Source of the DNA: an uncultured Gammaproteobacteria bacterium | GTDB lineage: Bacteria; Patescibacteriota; Microgenomatia; UBA10105; UBA927 | DNA: 64,000 nucleotides | Direction: 5' to 3' | Assembly (NCBI GenBank): GCA_964573695.1 | Contig: CAZNKB010000001.1 | Location: 132,497 to 196,496 of the forward strand | In this document: piece after piece, positions 1 to 9,898 of the stretch | How positions within the stretch are numbered: the stretch's first letter is position 1 | How the letters are laid out: every line of letters starts with the position of its first letter | Notes under the pieces: generated by a model | The model's input: only the letters and a program-made list of their open reading frames with translations | Told to the model about the DNA's origin: nothing | Databases searched by the model: none | Translations under genes and position numbers: made by a program

Positions 1-781
<781 letters not shown>

Positions 782-786
782 TTTCT

Positions 787-1512
787 CTAACTCGCAAATT
801 CATCAATCAAATTTCCCAAGTACCGGACCACGGGGATCACCGCAGAGTAATTAAGACGTGAAGGCCCGACGACACTAATAGCCCCTGATACGTGCGGCGT
901 TTTGAACTTGTAATAGACAAACCCGCATTGGGTGAGCGCCCCCGTCGACAGGTCGTCCCCAAGCAAAACGGAAAAAGGATCCGTATGAAGCTCCAGTACG
1001 CGCCACCAGAAATCATATTCATCCAGTGTACCCAATAAATCATGGGTAAGCTGATAATCATAAAACTCCGGCATATCCAGGATATTGGCAGCCCCCGAGT
1101 AGTACAAATCTCCTTCGTTGGTCGCGGTAATAGCAAGTGTTTTTGTTTTTTCTGCCAAGGCTTTTGTCGCTTCCCGGAGTAATTTATCAATCTCCTGACG
1201 GTAATTCCACACCTTTTCCTTGACTGCCACTTCCTCCGCCACAGAGAGATCCTTAGGCTTCATAAGCTGCTCCACATAATATTTAAGTGCGGCAGGCGTG
1301 GGAGTACGGCCGGACGAGGTATGAGGTTGATTTAACATACCGAGTTCAGTAAGGCGAACCATCTCGTTCCGGATAGTCGCCGGAGAAACCCCCAAATTAT
1401 GTTTCTTTTCCAGCGTTTCGCTGCCTACTGCCTCGGCGGTCGCGATATATTCGTCTATAATCGCCTTGAGAATTTGTATTTGTCGCGGTGTTAAATCAGA
1501 GATTGCATCCAT
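787..1512 (-). CDS. hrcA: Heat-inducible transcription repressor HrcA
   Basis: N-terminal winged-helix region (LTPRQIQILKAIIDEYIATAEAVGSETL) and overall HrcA-like length. Start placed at Met 1510-1512, immediately downstream of CIRCE. The ORF-track start at 1530 would overlap the operator. Confidence 0.85.
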   Translation of the reverse strand: MDAISDLTPRQIQILKAIIDEYIATAEAVGSETLEKKHNLGVSPATIRNEMVRLTELGMLNQPHTSSGRTPTPAALKYYVEQLMKPKDLSVAEEVAVKEKVWNYRQEIDKLLREATKALAEKTKTLAITATNEGDLYYSGAANILDMPEFYDYQLTHDLLGTLDEYDFWWRVLELHTDPFSVLLGDDLSTGALTQCGFVYYKFKTPHVSGAISVVGPSRLNYSAVIPVVRYLGNLIDEFAS

Positions 1513-1513
1513 A

Positions 1514-1540
1514 TTAGCACTAATATACATCGAGTGCTAA
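1514..1540. promoter_or_regulatory. CIRCE operator (HrcA binding site) TTAGCACTA-N9-GAGTGCTAA
   Basis: Exact 9-N9-9 inverted repeat TTAGCACTAATATACATCGAGTGCTAA read directly in the sequence, with one mismatch to the TTAGCACTC-N9-GAGTGCTAA consensus. Positioned at the 5' end of hrcA-grpE-dnaK. Confidence 0.8.
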
Positions 1541-1622
1541 ACGGTGTCAAGAGGTTTTTGCCTGCTGTCAGATATCGTACTATTGCCAATCACGTGCCAC
1601 TCTATCATAATGGGTAATAGGC

Positions 1623-2675
1623 ATGAAACGAGTTGTTATTATTGTGGTTTCTTTGATTCTTTTTCTGGCAATTCCCGCCTCTGTCTTTCTCGCAATGCGA
1701 AACCAGGAGCTTCGGAAAAAGGCCGCTCCGGCAACAACGCTTACACTGACTCCCGCAGCACTTACAAAGGCGGTCGGTGACGAATTTACCCTGGAAGTAC
1801 ACATGGATACTGCAGACAACCAAATCGTCGCAGTCGAGCTCAACCTGACATTTGACGCTACCAAACTGCAGGCAGAATGGATTCATAACGGCACGATGTT
1901 CCCCAATATTCTTTCATCGGGTACCGTCGGTAACGGAACGGTTTCCATAGCGCTTGGAGCCACAAACACAACGACTCCTATTACCGGCACCGGTGTCGTC
2001 GCTACAATTAAATTTAAGGCACTTGCCGCAACGACAACCGCAGTTCCGGTACGATTCTCCTCCGATACATTTGTCGGGGCCCTGAATGAAGGAAGTACCA
2101 ACGCACTTACAAGCTCTACTCCTTCTAACATCACAATCACCGGTTCAGGAGCCGGCGGCACGATTACTCCAACGGTTATACCCACCGGAACAATCACCGT
2201 AACGCCGACAACAAGTCTGACACCGACGCTTACTCCAACCGGCTCAGCCTCCGATAGTGCAAGTCCTTCGGCAGTCACCATAGACAGCCCGGCAAAAAAT
2301 GCGTCGGTTGTTACGACCAAACCGACGATCGAAGGAACTGCCCCTGCGGGAAGTACGGTCACCATAACCGTATACTCAGATCCTATTACCGTGACGGTAA
2401 CGGCAGACGCAAACGGTAATTGGCAATATACACTCGCTGACCCACTCGCCAGCGGACCCCATACTATCGTTGTAGCAGCACAAGATCCCTCCACGGGAAC
2501 ATCTCACACGGCGACCCTTGCCTTCGTCGTAGCCACGGGTGATGAAAATGGCGCCTCGGGGAGCGCGGTACCGGTATCCGGTTCAATGGAAAATACGCTC
2601 ATCTTACTGGGACTCGGCGCACTCTTTATCGTCAGCGGATCTATCGTTCCGCATATAAGGAGGGCAAAAGAATGA
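1623..2675 (+). CDS. Membrane-anchored surface protein: N-terminal TM/signal, cohesin-like beta-sandwich, Thr/Pro-rich linker, Ig-like domain, C-terminal TM anchor
   Basis: N-terminal hydrophobic segment; TLTLTP...VAVELNLTFDATKL... block resembling cohesin-type domains; TPT-rich low-complexity stretch; C-terminal hydrophobic helix followed by RRAKE. Confidence 0.45.
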   Translation: MKRVVIIVVSLILFLAIPASVFLAMRNQELRKKAAPATTLTLTPAALTKAVGDEFTLEVHMDTADNQIVAVELNLTFDATKLQAEWIHNGTMFPNILSSGTVGNGTVSIALGATNTTTPITGTGVVATIKFKALAATTTAVPVRFSSDTFVGALNEGSTNALTSSTPSNITITGSGAGGTITPTVIPTGTITVTPTTSLTPTLTPTGSASDSASPSAVTIDSPAKNASVVTTKPTIEGTAPAGSTVTITVYSDPITVTVTADANGNWQYTLADPLASGPHTIVVAAQDPSTGTSHTATLAFVVATGDENGASGSAVPVSGSMENTLILLGLGALFIVSGSIVPHIRRAKE

Positions 2676-4078
2676 GCATCTTCATGCGACAGGCCACAGG
2701 AAGAACGACCTCGATCATTTCGTTTTTGGGGCTCATTATCTTTTTGCCGCTTTTTATCATGGTAGTCGGACAAACGATTACACTCATGTCTCGCGCCGCC
2801 GGGAAACCCGCAAATATAATAGTAGACACCAAATCCCGCCTGGAAACGATCAAGACAGATTTCTACCACGCATTTGCACAGGGCGGAGAGGAGTCCAACG
2901 ACATGATCGCATCAGTAACCAACGACGTAAAAGCACTCAAACCCAAACTCATACGTCTTGATCATCTCTACGACTATTACCAGATTGTGGGAAGAAGTAG
3001 CGACGGACTCACATTCGACTGGTCTCGTCTCGATGCTGTAATCAATACCATTACGGCAACAGGGGCCAAACCCGTGTTGGCACTTTCCTACATGCCTGGT
3101 GTCATTGCAAAGGAAGGAAGCATCATAAACCCGCCGAACGACTGGAATGAATGGGCGCTCGTCGTGCAAAAAACGATTGAACATTACAGTGGAAAGGGAG
3201 AACGCAACATGAGCGGCATCTACTATGAAGTATGGAACGAACCGGATTTAGCCCAGTTCGGCTCATGGAAATTAGGAGGAGAAAAAAATTACCTGACACT
3301 GTATAAATACGCGGCAACTGGGGCAGCAAACGCCAAAAACGTCAATACGTTTTATCTTGGTGGCCCAGTCACTACCGGATTATACAAAAACTGGATTCTC
3401 GCACTTGTTGATTCGGGAGCAAGAATCAATTTCTTTTCTTGGCACTCTTACTTAACAAACCCGGAGCAATTTGCAACCGACCAGCGCAATATTATCCAAT
3501 GGCTGCTTCCCTATCCCAATTACACGCTATTACCTAAGCTCATTACGGAATTCGGATTTACCGGAAGTAAGAGCGCCGCTTACGGAACGGCCTACGCAGC
3601 AGCCCATGCAACGGCAGTCATCCGCCAGCTTATCTCGGGGGGACCTGCGTATCTATTTAGCTTCCAACTCAAAGACGGTCCTCTGCAATCCGACGGAACA
3701 GGATGGGGTCTCATAACACACGACGATAACGGGCTGAGGAAAAAACCCCGATACCATATCTACTCGTTTCTTGACGTCATGGCCGGAACGCGGTTACTTC
3801 TGACGGGCGAAGGATCCTGGGTCACTGGATTTGCTTCCGTCCGCGACGATATATCGCGACTGCTCCTTGTCAATTTCGATGCAAACGGAAGCCATACAGA
3901 GCAGGTACCCGTCCAATTTACCAATCTCGACCCGGGAACCTATACATTACGCCAACGGTTTCTATTCGGCAGAGACACCACGACGACGCATGAGGTAACA
4001 GCAAATGAGCCTCTCGCCACGGACGTGTTCATGTCTGCCCAAAGCATCGCAATTCTCGAAGTGAACAAACAAAAATAA
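2672..4078 (+). CDS. Glycoside hydrolase, clan GH-A (GH5/GH39-like), membrane-anchored
   Basis: N-terminal TM helix. YYEVWNEPDL (acid/base NEP motif) and ITEFGF (nucleophile Glu) are characteristic of clan GH-A (beta/alpha)8 hydrolases. The ATGA start overlaps the upstream stop. Confidence 0.6.
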   Translation: MSIFMRQATGRTTSIISFLGLIIFLPLFIMVVGQTITLMSRAAGKPANIIVDTKSRLETIKTDFYHAFAQGGEESNDMIASVTNDVKALKPKLIRLDHLYDYYQIVGRSSDGLTFDWSRLDAVINTITATGAKPVLALSYMPGVIAKEGSIINPPNDWNEWALVVQKTIEHYSGKGERNMSGIYYEVWNEPDLAQFGSWKLGGEKNYLTLYKYAATGAANAKNVNTFYLGGPVTTGLYKNWILALVDSGARINFFSWHSYLTNPEQFATDQRNIIQWLLPYPNYTLLPKLITEFGFTGSKSAAYGTAYAAAHATAVIRQLISGGPAYLFSFQLKDGPLQSDGTGWGLITHDDNGLRKKPRYHIYSFLDVMAGTRLLLTGEGSWVTGFASVRDDISRLLLVNFDANGSHTEQVPVQFTNLDPGTYTLRQRFLFGRDTTTTHEVTANEPLATDVFMSAQSIAILEVNKQK

Positions 4079-4091
4079 GGCGAACTCATCA

Positions 4092-5744
4092 TCAGGAAAG
4101 TTTGTCCGAAACACCTCCATTGACCACTTCCTGAGCAGGTTCCATGAAAAAACCCCGCATCGCGTGAATTCGCTTGGTTACCGTTAGCACGGCGTATACC
4201 TGAGCTACCCCCAATACCCACGAGATGAAAAAATACGTAATAATCCCTAAGGTTGCGGAAATCCCGGTAAGCAAAATAAGACCGAAGGTTCTCGTTGTGT
4301 CAAACACAAGCTGATCTAATAGCTTGAGCGGAATATATAACGCAGCGCCCGTCACAAACGCAGCCACACCCATTTTTACTGCCGGGACGATAAGTACACG
4401 GGAAATGACACCTGGCATCTTTCTATCCAGTAAGTAAAGAAGAGCCAACGCGTTAATGATGCTGGCAACTGACGTCGATAACCCAAGTGACCAGACCGGC
4501 AGGTGAAACACGAGTATAAATAGCGTACTCAATACCGAATTCAATAGCACGGTAGCGATGCCGACGGCGACGGGGGTTTTGCTGTCATACAACGCATAAA
4601 AACCACGCGCCAAAATATGTATAAGTGCCTGTGCGAACAACGAAATGCTGAATGCCGAAAGCGTCATGCCTGTGTCTACCGTCGCCGCCCAGTCAAAATG
4701 CGTGGCGCCGAACACCAAACGCACCACGGGAATCCTAAGCACCATGAATAATACAGACGCCGGCAGAACCCAAAATAATATCTGGTGAATTGCCATATGA
4801 ATTGTTGATATGAAATCTTCGTTCTTGTCCTTGGCATAAAACTGGGAAAGGGCTGGCAAAGCTGCCTGTGCAATTGTCGTTCCGAATAAACCGACCGGCA
4901 GCTGCTGCAAGTGCTGGGCAAAATTAAATATGGTGACCATGCGCGCTCCCAACAAACTTGCAAGCACAAGATCAACCGTTATATCAATTTGTGCGATCGC
5001 GAGCCCCAATGTTCTGGGGCCCATGAGTCTAGCCACCTCACGCACTCCCGGAAGTTTATAATTTATCTCCCACGTGTGACGATAACCCAATCGAAGAACG
5101 AGCGGAATCTGAATCATAGCGAATAATAACGCTCCGATACCAACGCCGATAATAGGTCCCCACAACCCCCATAGAGAAGAAAACGCTATCGTTCCGATAA
5201 TAATCCCAACGTTGTAAAGCACGGGAGCAGCTGCAGGGATAAGGAATAAACTATGAGACTGCAGTATTCCCGTCAACACATTTCCGATAAGCAGAGGGGC
5301 CACCTGAAACAAAAGAATAAACCGTGTATACGTGCTCATCTTTATAATCTGAGCGTCTGTAAACCCGGGGGCCAGCACCCTCGAAACCCACGGAGCGGCA
5401 ACAAACAACGGAATAGCGATAACGACAAGCACCACGATACTCAGATTCATAAGGACGGTCGCAAGCCGCTGTGCATCGCGCTCTCTATTTTCGGAAATAT
5501 ATTTGGTGTAAACCGGAATAAATGCCGCAGTAAGCGCTCCCATAACCAACAATTCAAAGATGACATTGGGGATCCTAAACGCAGCGAAATACACGCCAAG
5601 TTCCTCCGGCGCAAAATAAGTAGAAAGAAGCCGGTCACGGATAAGTCCCAGCACGCGGGAAAGGAGTACCATGAGAGCCAATACGATTGCGGCAGAACCA
5701 ACGGTAGTTTGTTTTTTGAACGCAAGGCTCCAAAATCGCTTCAT
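4092..5744 (-). CDS. murJ: Lipid II flippase MurJ (MviN family)
   Basis: ~550 aa polytopic membrane protein starting MKRFWSLAFKK...VLSRVLGLIRDRLLS..FAAFRIPN, the typical MurJ N-terminus. Start chosen at the internal Met (5742-5744). Confidence 0.8.
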   Translation of the reverse strand: MKRFWSLAFKKQTTVGSAAIVLALMVLLSRVLGLIRDRLLSTYFAPEELGVYFAAFRIPNVIFELLVMGALTAAFIPVYTKYISENRERDAQRLATVLMNLSIVVLVVIAIPLFVAAPWVSRVLAPGFTDAQIIKMSTYTRFILLFQVAPLLIGNVLTGILQSHSLFLIPAAAPVLYNVGIIIGTIAFSSLWGLWGPIIGVGIGALLFAMIQIPLVLRLGYRHTWEINYKLPGVREVARLMGPRTLGLAIAQIDITVDLVLASLLGARMVTIFNFAQHLQQLPVGLFGTTIAQAALPALSQFYAKDKNEDFISTIHMAIHQILFWVLPASVLFMVLRIPVVRLVFGATHFDWAATVDTGMTLSAFSISLFAQALIHILARGFYALYDSKTPVAVGIATVLLNSVLSTLFILVFHLPVWSLGLSTSVASIINALALLYLLDRKMPGVISRVLIVPAVKMGVAAFVTGAALYIPLKLLDQLVFDTTRTFGLILLTGISATLGIITYFFISWVLGVAQVYAVLTVTKRIHAMRGFFMEPAQEVVNGGVSDKLS

Positions 5745-5809
5745 AACTTCCCTATTATAGATCAGACGCATCTTGACCCGATAGTGCCAAGTACGGTATA
5801 CTTTCCCCC

Positions 5810-6043
5810 ATGCCGATCACGAAACAAGCATCAAAAAAATTACGTCACGACCGCGCAGTTACCAAAATAAACGCAAAAACCAAAGCGACGCTCAAATCCC
5901 TGGTCAAAAAAGCGCGGAAAACTCCGACGCAAAAAACGGTGACCGTGGCCACCAGTGCGCTCGACAAAGCAGTCAAACGCGGCCTGATCCACAAAAATAC
6001 CGCGGCGCGTACCAAATCGAGACTCTCAAAACTCCTCAAGTAA
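5810..6043 (+). CDS. rpsT: 30S ribosomal protein S20
   Basis: 77-aa highly basic protein MPITKQASKKLRHDRAVTKINAKTK...KAVKRGLIHKNTAARTKSRLSK, the canonical S20 sequence. Confidence 0.85.
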   Translation: MPITKQASKKLRHDRAVTKINAKTKATLKSLVKKARKTPTQKTVTVATSALDKAVKRGLIHKNTAARTKSRLSKLLK

Positions 6044-6100
6044 TATCTCGTTTGCCTCATAACCCCCGTTTCATTTACCCATTCTCCTTGTTATACTGGG

Positions 6101-6661
6101 ATGTGTATGCCTGCCAAAGAAATACGCATTAATCTATTGGGATCCCAGGATCTTGGTCACACCCCGTGGGGCCGGCTGGTGGAATGGGCCACTACCTATG
6201 GCCGGTATATCATGATCACGACGGAAATAGTGGTGCTGCTCGCGTTTATTTCACGCTTTAGTCTTGACCGGAAAAATACCGACTTAACCGAAGAATTGGG
6301 TCAAAAACAGGCAATTATCGAAGCCAATCTGGACTTTGAGCGGGACATCAAGTCACTGCAGGCACATCTGACGACCGCAAAAGCATTGCTTGCCAACCAA
6401 GCAAAACCGGTCGAGATGGTAAACACCCTTGAATCACTCATACCGGCAGACGTGTATCTTTCATCGCTTGATATATCGCGTGACAAAATAAGTATTTCGG
6501 CAACGGCGGGTACGACCAGTGGTTTTGCACAATTTCTGTCTAACCTGCAGTCGGTACAGATGATTCAAAACGTGTTGCTCGGCGACATCCGACGGGAGCC
6601 GGCAACGGGCATAGAGTTTCAGCTAACTGCGGACATTGCGGGGGCTGCGAAGCCTAAATAA
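6101..6661 (+). CDS. Type IV pilus assembly protein PilN-like
   Basis: Short cytoplasmic N-terminus containing the INLL motif, a single TM helix, then a coiled-coil/periplasmic domain of PilN size (186 aa). Confidence 0.5.
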   Translation: MCMPAKEIRINLLGSQDLGHTPWGRLVEWATTYGRYIMITTEIVVLLAFISRFSLDRKNTDLTEELGQKQAIIEANLDFERDIKSLQAHLTTAKALLANQAKPVEMVNTLESLIPADVYLSSLDISRDKISISATAGTTSGFAQFLSNLQSVQMIQNVLLGDIRREPATGIEFQLTADIAGAAKPK

Positions 6662-6664
6662 CAT

Positions 6665-7315
6665 ATGATAAACCCGACCCAAAAAAGCACCGAAGGGCAA
6701 TTTCACCGATACTACCAAAAACTCTCGCCGGTTTTGAAAAAGCCGAAAATGCGGGCATCCACCACGGCGGTTTTTTCATTTCTCGCCATTTCTCTTTTTG
6801 CATGGTATGCCATACGGCCGACTGCGCAGACCATCATATTCCTACGACGTGAAATAGCGGACAAAACAGTGCTCAATGAACAAATGGAAAACAAAATAAC
6901 AGCATTAATCGAAGCACAGGCAACATATGAAACGATCAAAGACCGGCTTTCTGTCATCGAACAGGCTCTTCCGAATAATCCGGACGGCGTTATTCTTGCA
7001 CGTCAACTGAGGAATCTCGCCGTCGTTTCCGGCGCCTCCATTTCTGCAATTCAAATTCCCAGCTTACCGATATTGGGTCAGGAAGCTACCCCAGGAGCTA
7101 AACTCGCGCAACAAAAACCCATGGATCAATTTCCGGTAAGCCTTGTTATTTCTGGTTCATATGTTTCGCTCAAGCAATTTATGGATGGATTACTCACGCT
7201 CCGACGTATTACCGGCATCGATGCAATTACCATTAAACCGGCATTACGTCAGGGTCTTGCGGGAGATGCATTACAATTAACTATTCGATTACAATCGTAT
7301 TATCTGACGAAATAA
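6665..7315 (+). CDS. Type IV pilus assembly protein PilO-like
   Basis: 216 aa with an N-terminal TM, a coiled-coil segment and a C-terminal domain. Immediately follows the PilN-like gene with a 3-bp spacer. Confidence 0.4.
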   Translation: MINPTQKSTEGQFHRYYQKLSPVLKKPKMRASTTAVFSFLAISLFAWYAIRPTAQTIIFLRREIADKTVLNEQMENKITALIEAQATYETIKDRLSVIEQALPNNPDGVILARQLRNLAVVSGASISAIQIPSLPILGQEATPGAKLAQQKPMDQFPVSLVISGSYVSLKQFMDGLLTLRRITGIDAITIKPALRQGLAGDALQLTIRLQSYYLTK

Positions 7316-7321
7316 ATATAT

Positions 7322-7519
7322 ATGGACGAAGACAGGGATTTATTGCTCGTTGCGGTATTTACTACCCTTACGATATTTTTGTGGGTATTTTTTGAATTGG
7401 TAAAAACATCCAAAACTTCTTCCGTCGCCCGTCCGCTACAGCAGGCAGTAAGCCCGCTCTCGAGTAAAATAGATATATCAGTCATCGATGAGTTAGAAAA
7501 AAGAAGCACCATGGATTAA
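7322..7519 (+). CDS. Small single-pass membrane protein in the pilus gene cluster
   Basis: 65-aa ORF with one hydrophobic helix, tightly packed between the PilO-like gene and the next gene. No recognisable motif. Confidence 0.3.
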   Translation: MDEDRDLLLVAVFTTLTIFLWVFFELVKTSKTSSVARPLQQAVSPLSSKIDISVIDELEKRSTMD

Positions 7520-7527
7520 CAACCGCT

Positions 7528-8805
7528 ATGCACGAAAAAAAAATACCCACTATTATCGGACTTTTGCTTGTAGGCCTTGCGGTCATGGTATTCCGTTTCG
7601 CATTTGACCGTGTCAGCCCGCTGCTTACAAAAGCCTCGGCAACCCTTACTCCGCAGCACGTTACTGTGAGTAACATCTCCGACACAGCCTTTACGGTGTC
7701 GTGGATCACTGCTGAGCCAACCACCGGAGCCCTTATCCTCGACGGCATTAAGGCACCGGTATACGACGATCGATTTTCTAGTCCGGCTGGACCGAACAAT
7801 AATAATCAAACATTTCTTACCCATATGATATCGGTACGAAATCTCAAACCCGAAACTACCTATCACCTGCGCTTGTTATCCGGGGGGAAAACGTTCCTTA
7901 ATAACGGCAATCCCTTTGAAATCAGAACGGCATCTGCGCTTACCGGAACAGGAACGAATCTGGAACCGGCATATGGCCAAGTCACAACACAAAGCGGAAA
8001 CCCTGCGGAAGGAGCCCTCGTCTATCTTACCCTTGAGGGTGGTCAGATATTATCAACTATAGTAAACGCCTCGGGCTCCTGGGTCATTCCGCTAAATCTC
8101 GTCCGCACGCAGGATCTTTCCGCGTACATAGCGCTTTCCGAGCGCATGGACGAATCCATTACCATACGCTCGTCCGAGGGAGAAGCAAGCGCGCTTACCG
8201 ATAATCTCAACGATAATCCTGTACCCGCTATGACAATCGGCAAAACATATGATTTCCGCAAACTTCAGGCACAACAAAATCAAAACCGACCACTGGCGGC
8301 CGTCTCTCCCGTCGTACTCGGGACAAATACCGCAATCACGAACCCGGCCGTTGCAATCGTCAAACCGGCACAGGGATCAGCGATCCCCTCAAATCTACCG
8401 CTCATCCAGGGAACGGGCGTTCCCGGCAATACTGTCCTTATCATATTGGGCCTTACGCATCCTATGAGCACCACAGTGACAGTGGGGCCGGACGGCATCT
8501 GGAGATACACTCCGCTTGTCCCACTTATGGAAGGCAAACAAAGCGTCACCATTACGACAAACGACCAGCGCGGACAAACAAAAGCACTTACTCACACATT
8601 TGAAGTACTCAAAAGCGGAACACAGGTGTTAGGAGACGCCACACCTTCTGCAACACTTGAACCTACGCCCACATTAGACGCTACTCCGACTACGACGCTA
8701 TCAGGTGAACCCATGCCGACAAGCGGTAATGAGATGCCGCTCATGATGCTTCTCATGCTGGGAGGCATGCTTATTATAGGAGGAACAAGCTTGTTAATAC
8801 TTTAA
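7528..8805 (+). CDS. Membrane-anchored extracellular protein with FN3-like N-terminal domain and C-terminal TM anchor (pilus-associated?)
   Basis: N-terminal TM; HVTVSNISDTAFTVSWITAEPTTGALIL block resembling FN3/purple-acid-phosphatase N domain; Thr/Pro-rich segment; C-terminal hydrophobic helix (MPLMMLLMLGGMLIIGG). Co-directional with PilN/PilO-like genes. Confidence 0.45.
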   Translation: MHEKKIPTIIGLLLVGLAVMVFRFAFDRVSPLLTKASATLTPQHVTVSNISDTAFTVSWITAEPTTGALILDGIKAPVYDDRFSSPAGPNNNNQTFLTHMISVRNLKPETTYHLRLLSGGKTFLNNGNPFEIRTASALTGTGTNLEPAYGQVTTQSGNPAEGALVYLTLEGGQILSTIVNASGSWVIPLNLVRTQDLSAYIALSERMDESITIRSSEGEASALTDNLNDNPVPAMTIGKTYDFRKLQAQQNQNRPLAAVSPVVLGTNTAITNPAVAIVKPAQGSAIPSNLPLIQGTGVPGNTVLIILGLTHPMSTTVTVGPDGIWRYTPLVPLMEGKQSVTITTNDQRGQTKALTHTFEVLKSGTQVLGDATPSATLEPTPTLDATPTTTLSGEPMPTSGNEMPLMMLLMLGGMLIIGGTSLLIL

Positions 8806-8916
8806 AAGTGGTAAATAAAAAAACTACTTGCTTACTGGTAATTTTTCGCGTACTCTTAAAGTATTAGGATAAATAACTTAGCGGTGTGTGTTGTGTGACG
8901 AATTTATACGAACACT

Positions 8917-9897
8917 ATGGCTGACGATATTCTCGATGCAGCAAAACAAACAGGACAGGATCCGAACCCGCCAGAACCGGTGACAACGGAAGGACCTGTT
9001 GCTCCTCTGGTTACTCCACTTCCTGCTGATCCCGCTCCCGATGCACCGGCTGAGCCCGAAAACATTTCTGCGCCCGATGCTGCGGCCGCCGTGGAAAACA
9101 TCCTCGGGACGCCTAGTAACCCCGAACCGCTCGTTCCCGCAGTTCGAACCAAGCATTCTACAAACTCCAAAAAGGGACCGAATCGAGGACTCATACTTGG
9201 AATACTCGCGTTATTACTTTTGATCACTCCTGTCGGCGTATTCTTCATCTCCCAACGAAATCAGCAACTCACTGACGTACGAAGCAGGGCGACGGGCACG
9301 AGTTATCCAGGATGCAGAACAGGGGCCGGTTTTTCATGCTGTATAAACGACCCCAGCTCGTGTGGTGGCAACCCGAGCGCATGTCACTGCGGTGGCGGGG
9401 ACGCATGTAGCAGTACATCCTGTGAAGATCTTCAAGGATCATGTGAAGCGCAAGGAAGAGATTGGACAGAAAATATGAACGGGTATGGAATGACGTGTTG
9501 CGCTGTGGGCTATGTTGACAATCCGAATGGAAACGGCTGTGTACCTGGTAATGGAGACAATGGTGACGACAACGGTGACGACAATGGAGACGACACCACG
9601 AATCCTACACCAACACCAACAACAGGCACGACCCCGGTTTGTCAGAATATCAAACTCTACAAAGGCGGCACGCAGGTTACTGACCTATCCACACTTCGCG
9701 CTGGAGACGATGTCGTACTTGCCGTCAAAGGAAATATGTCTCCTACCAAAGCACACTTCCGGGTCAACGGCAGCAGCTGGACAGAAACCACAACACAAAA
9801 TGCAAGCGGTGAATTTACCTGGAGCTACACGATCCCGGAGGGGATTACTGACTTTGTCATAGAAGGAGAAGTATTTACCAACGGAGCATGGAGATAA
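8917..9897 (+). CDS. Cys-rich secreted/membrane-anchored surface protein with DNGDD repeats
   Basis: Pro-rich N-terminus, one TM helix, a Cys-rich module (about 20 Cys in ~110 aa), (DNGDD)x3 acidic repeats, TPT linker and a C-terminal beta-rich domain. Confidence 0.45.
   Translation: MADDILDAAKQTGQDPNPPEPVTTEGPVAPLVTPLPADPAPDAPAEPENISAPDAAAAVENILGTPSNPEPLVPAVRTKHSTNSKKGPNRGLILGILALLLLITPVGVFFISQRNQQLTDVRSRATGTSYPGCRTGAGFSCCINDPSSCGGNPSACHCGGGDACSSTSCEDLQGSCEAQGRDWTENMNGYGMTCCAVGYVDNPNGNGCVPGNGDNGDDNGDDNGDDTTNPTPTPTTGTTPVCQNIKLYKGGTQVTDLSTLRAGDDVVLAVKGNMSPTKAHFRVNGSSWTETTTQNASGEFTWSYTIPEGITDFVIEGEVFTNGAWR
9548..9597 (+). repeat. Short in-frame tandem DNA repeat (GGTGACGACAAY units) encoding DNGDD x3
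   Basis: Repeated aatggagacaatggtgacgacaacggtgacgacaatggagacgac seen directly. Confidence 0.7.
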
Positions 9898-9898
9898 T

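Noticed and set aside
1883-2494. 203-aa minus-strand ORF inside the Thr-rich surface-protein gene
   Set aside because: Antisense shadow ORF of a repetitive Thr/Pro-rich coding region. Val/Gly-rich low complexity, no start context.
5253-5870. 205-aa Lys/Arg-rich plus-strand ORF
   Set aside because: Lies antisense within murJ. Its composition (basic, low complexity) is the mirror of a hydrophobic membrane-protein coding strand.
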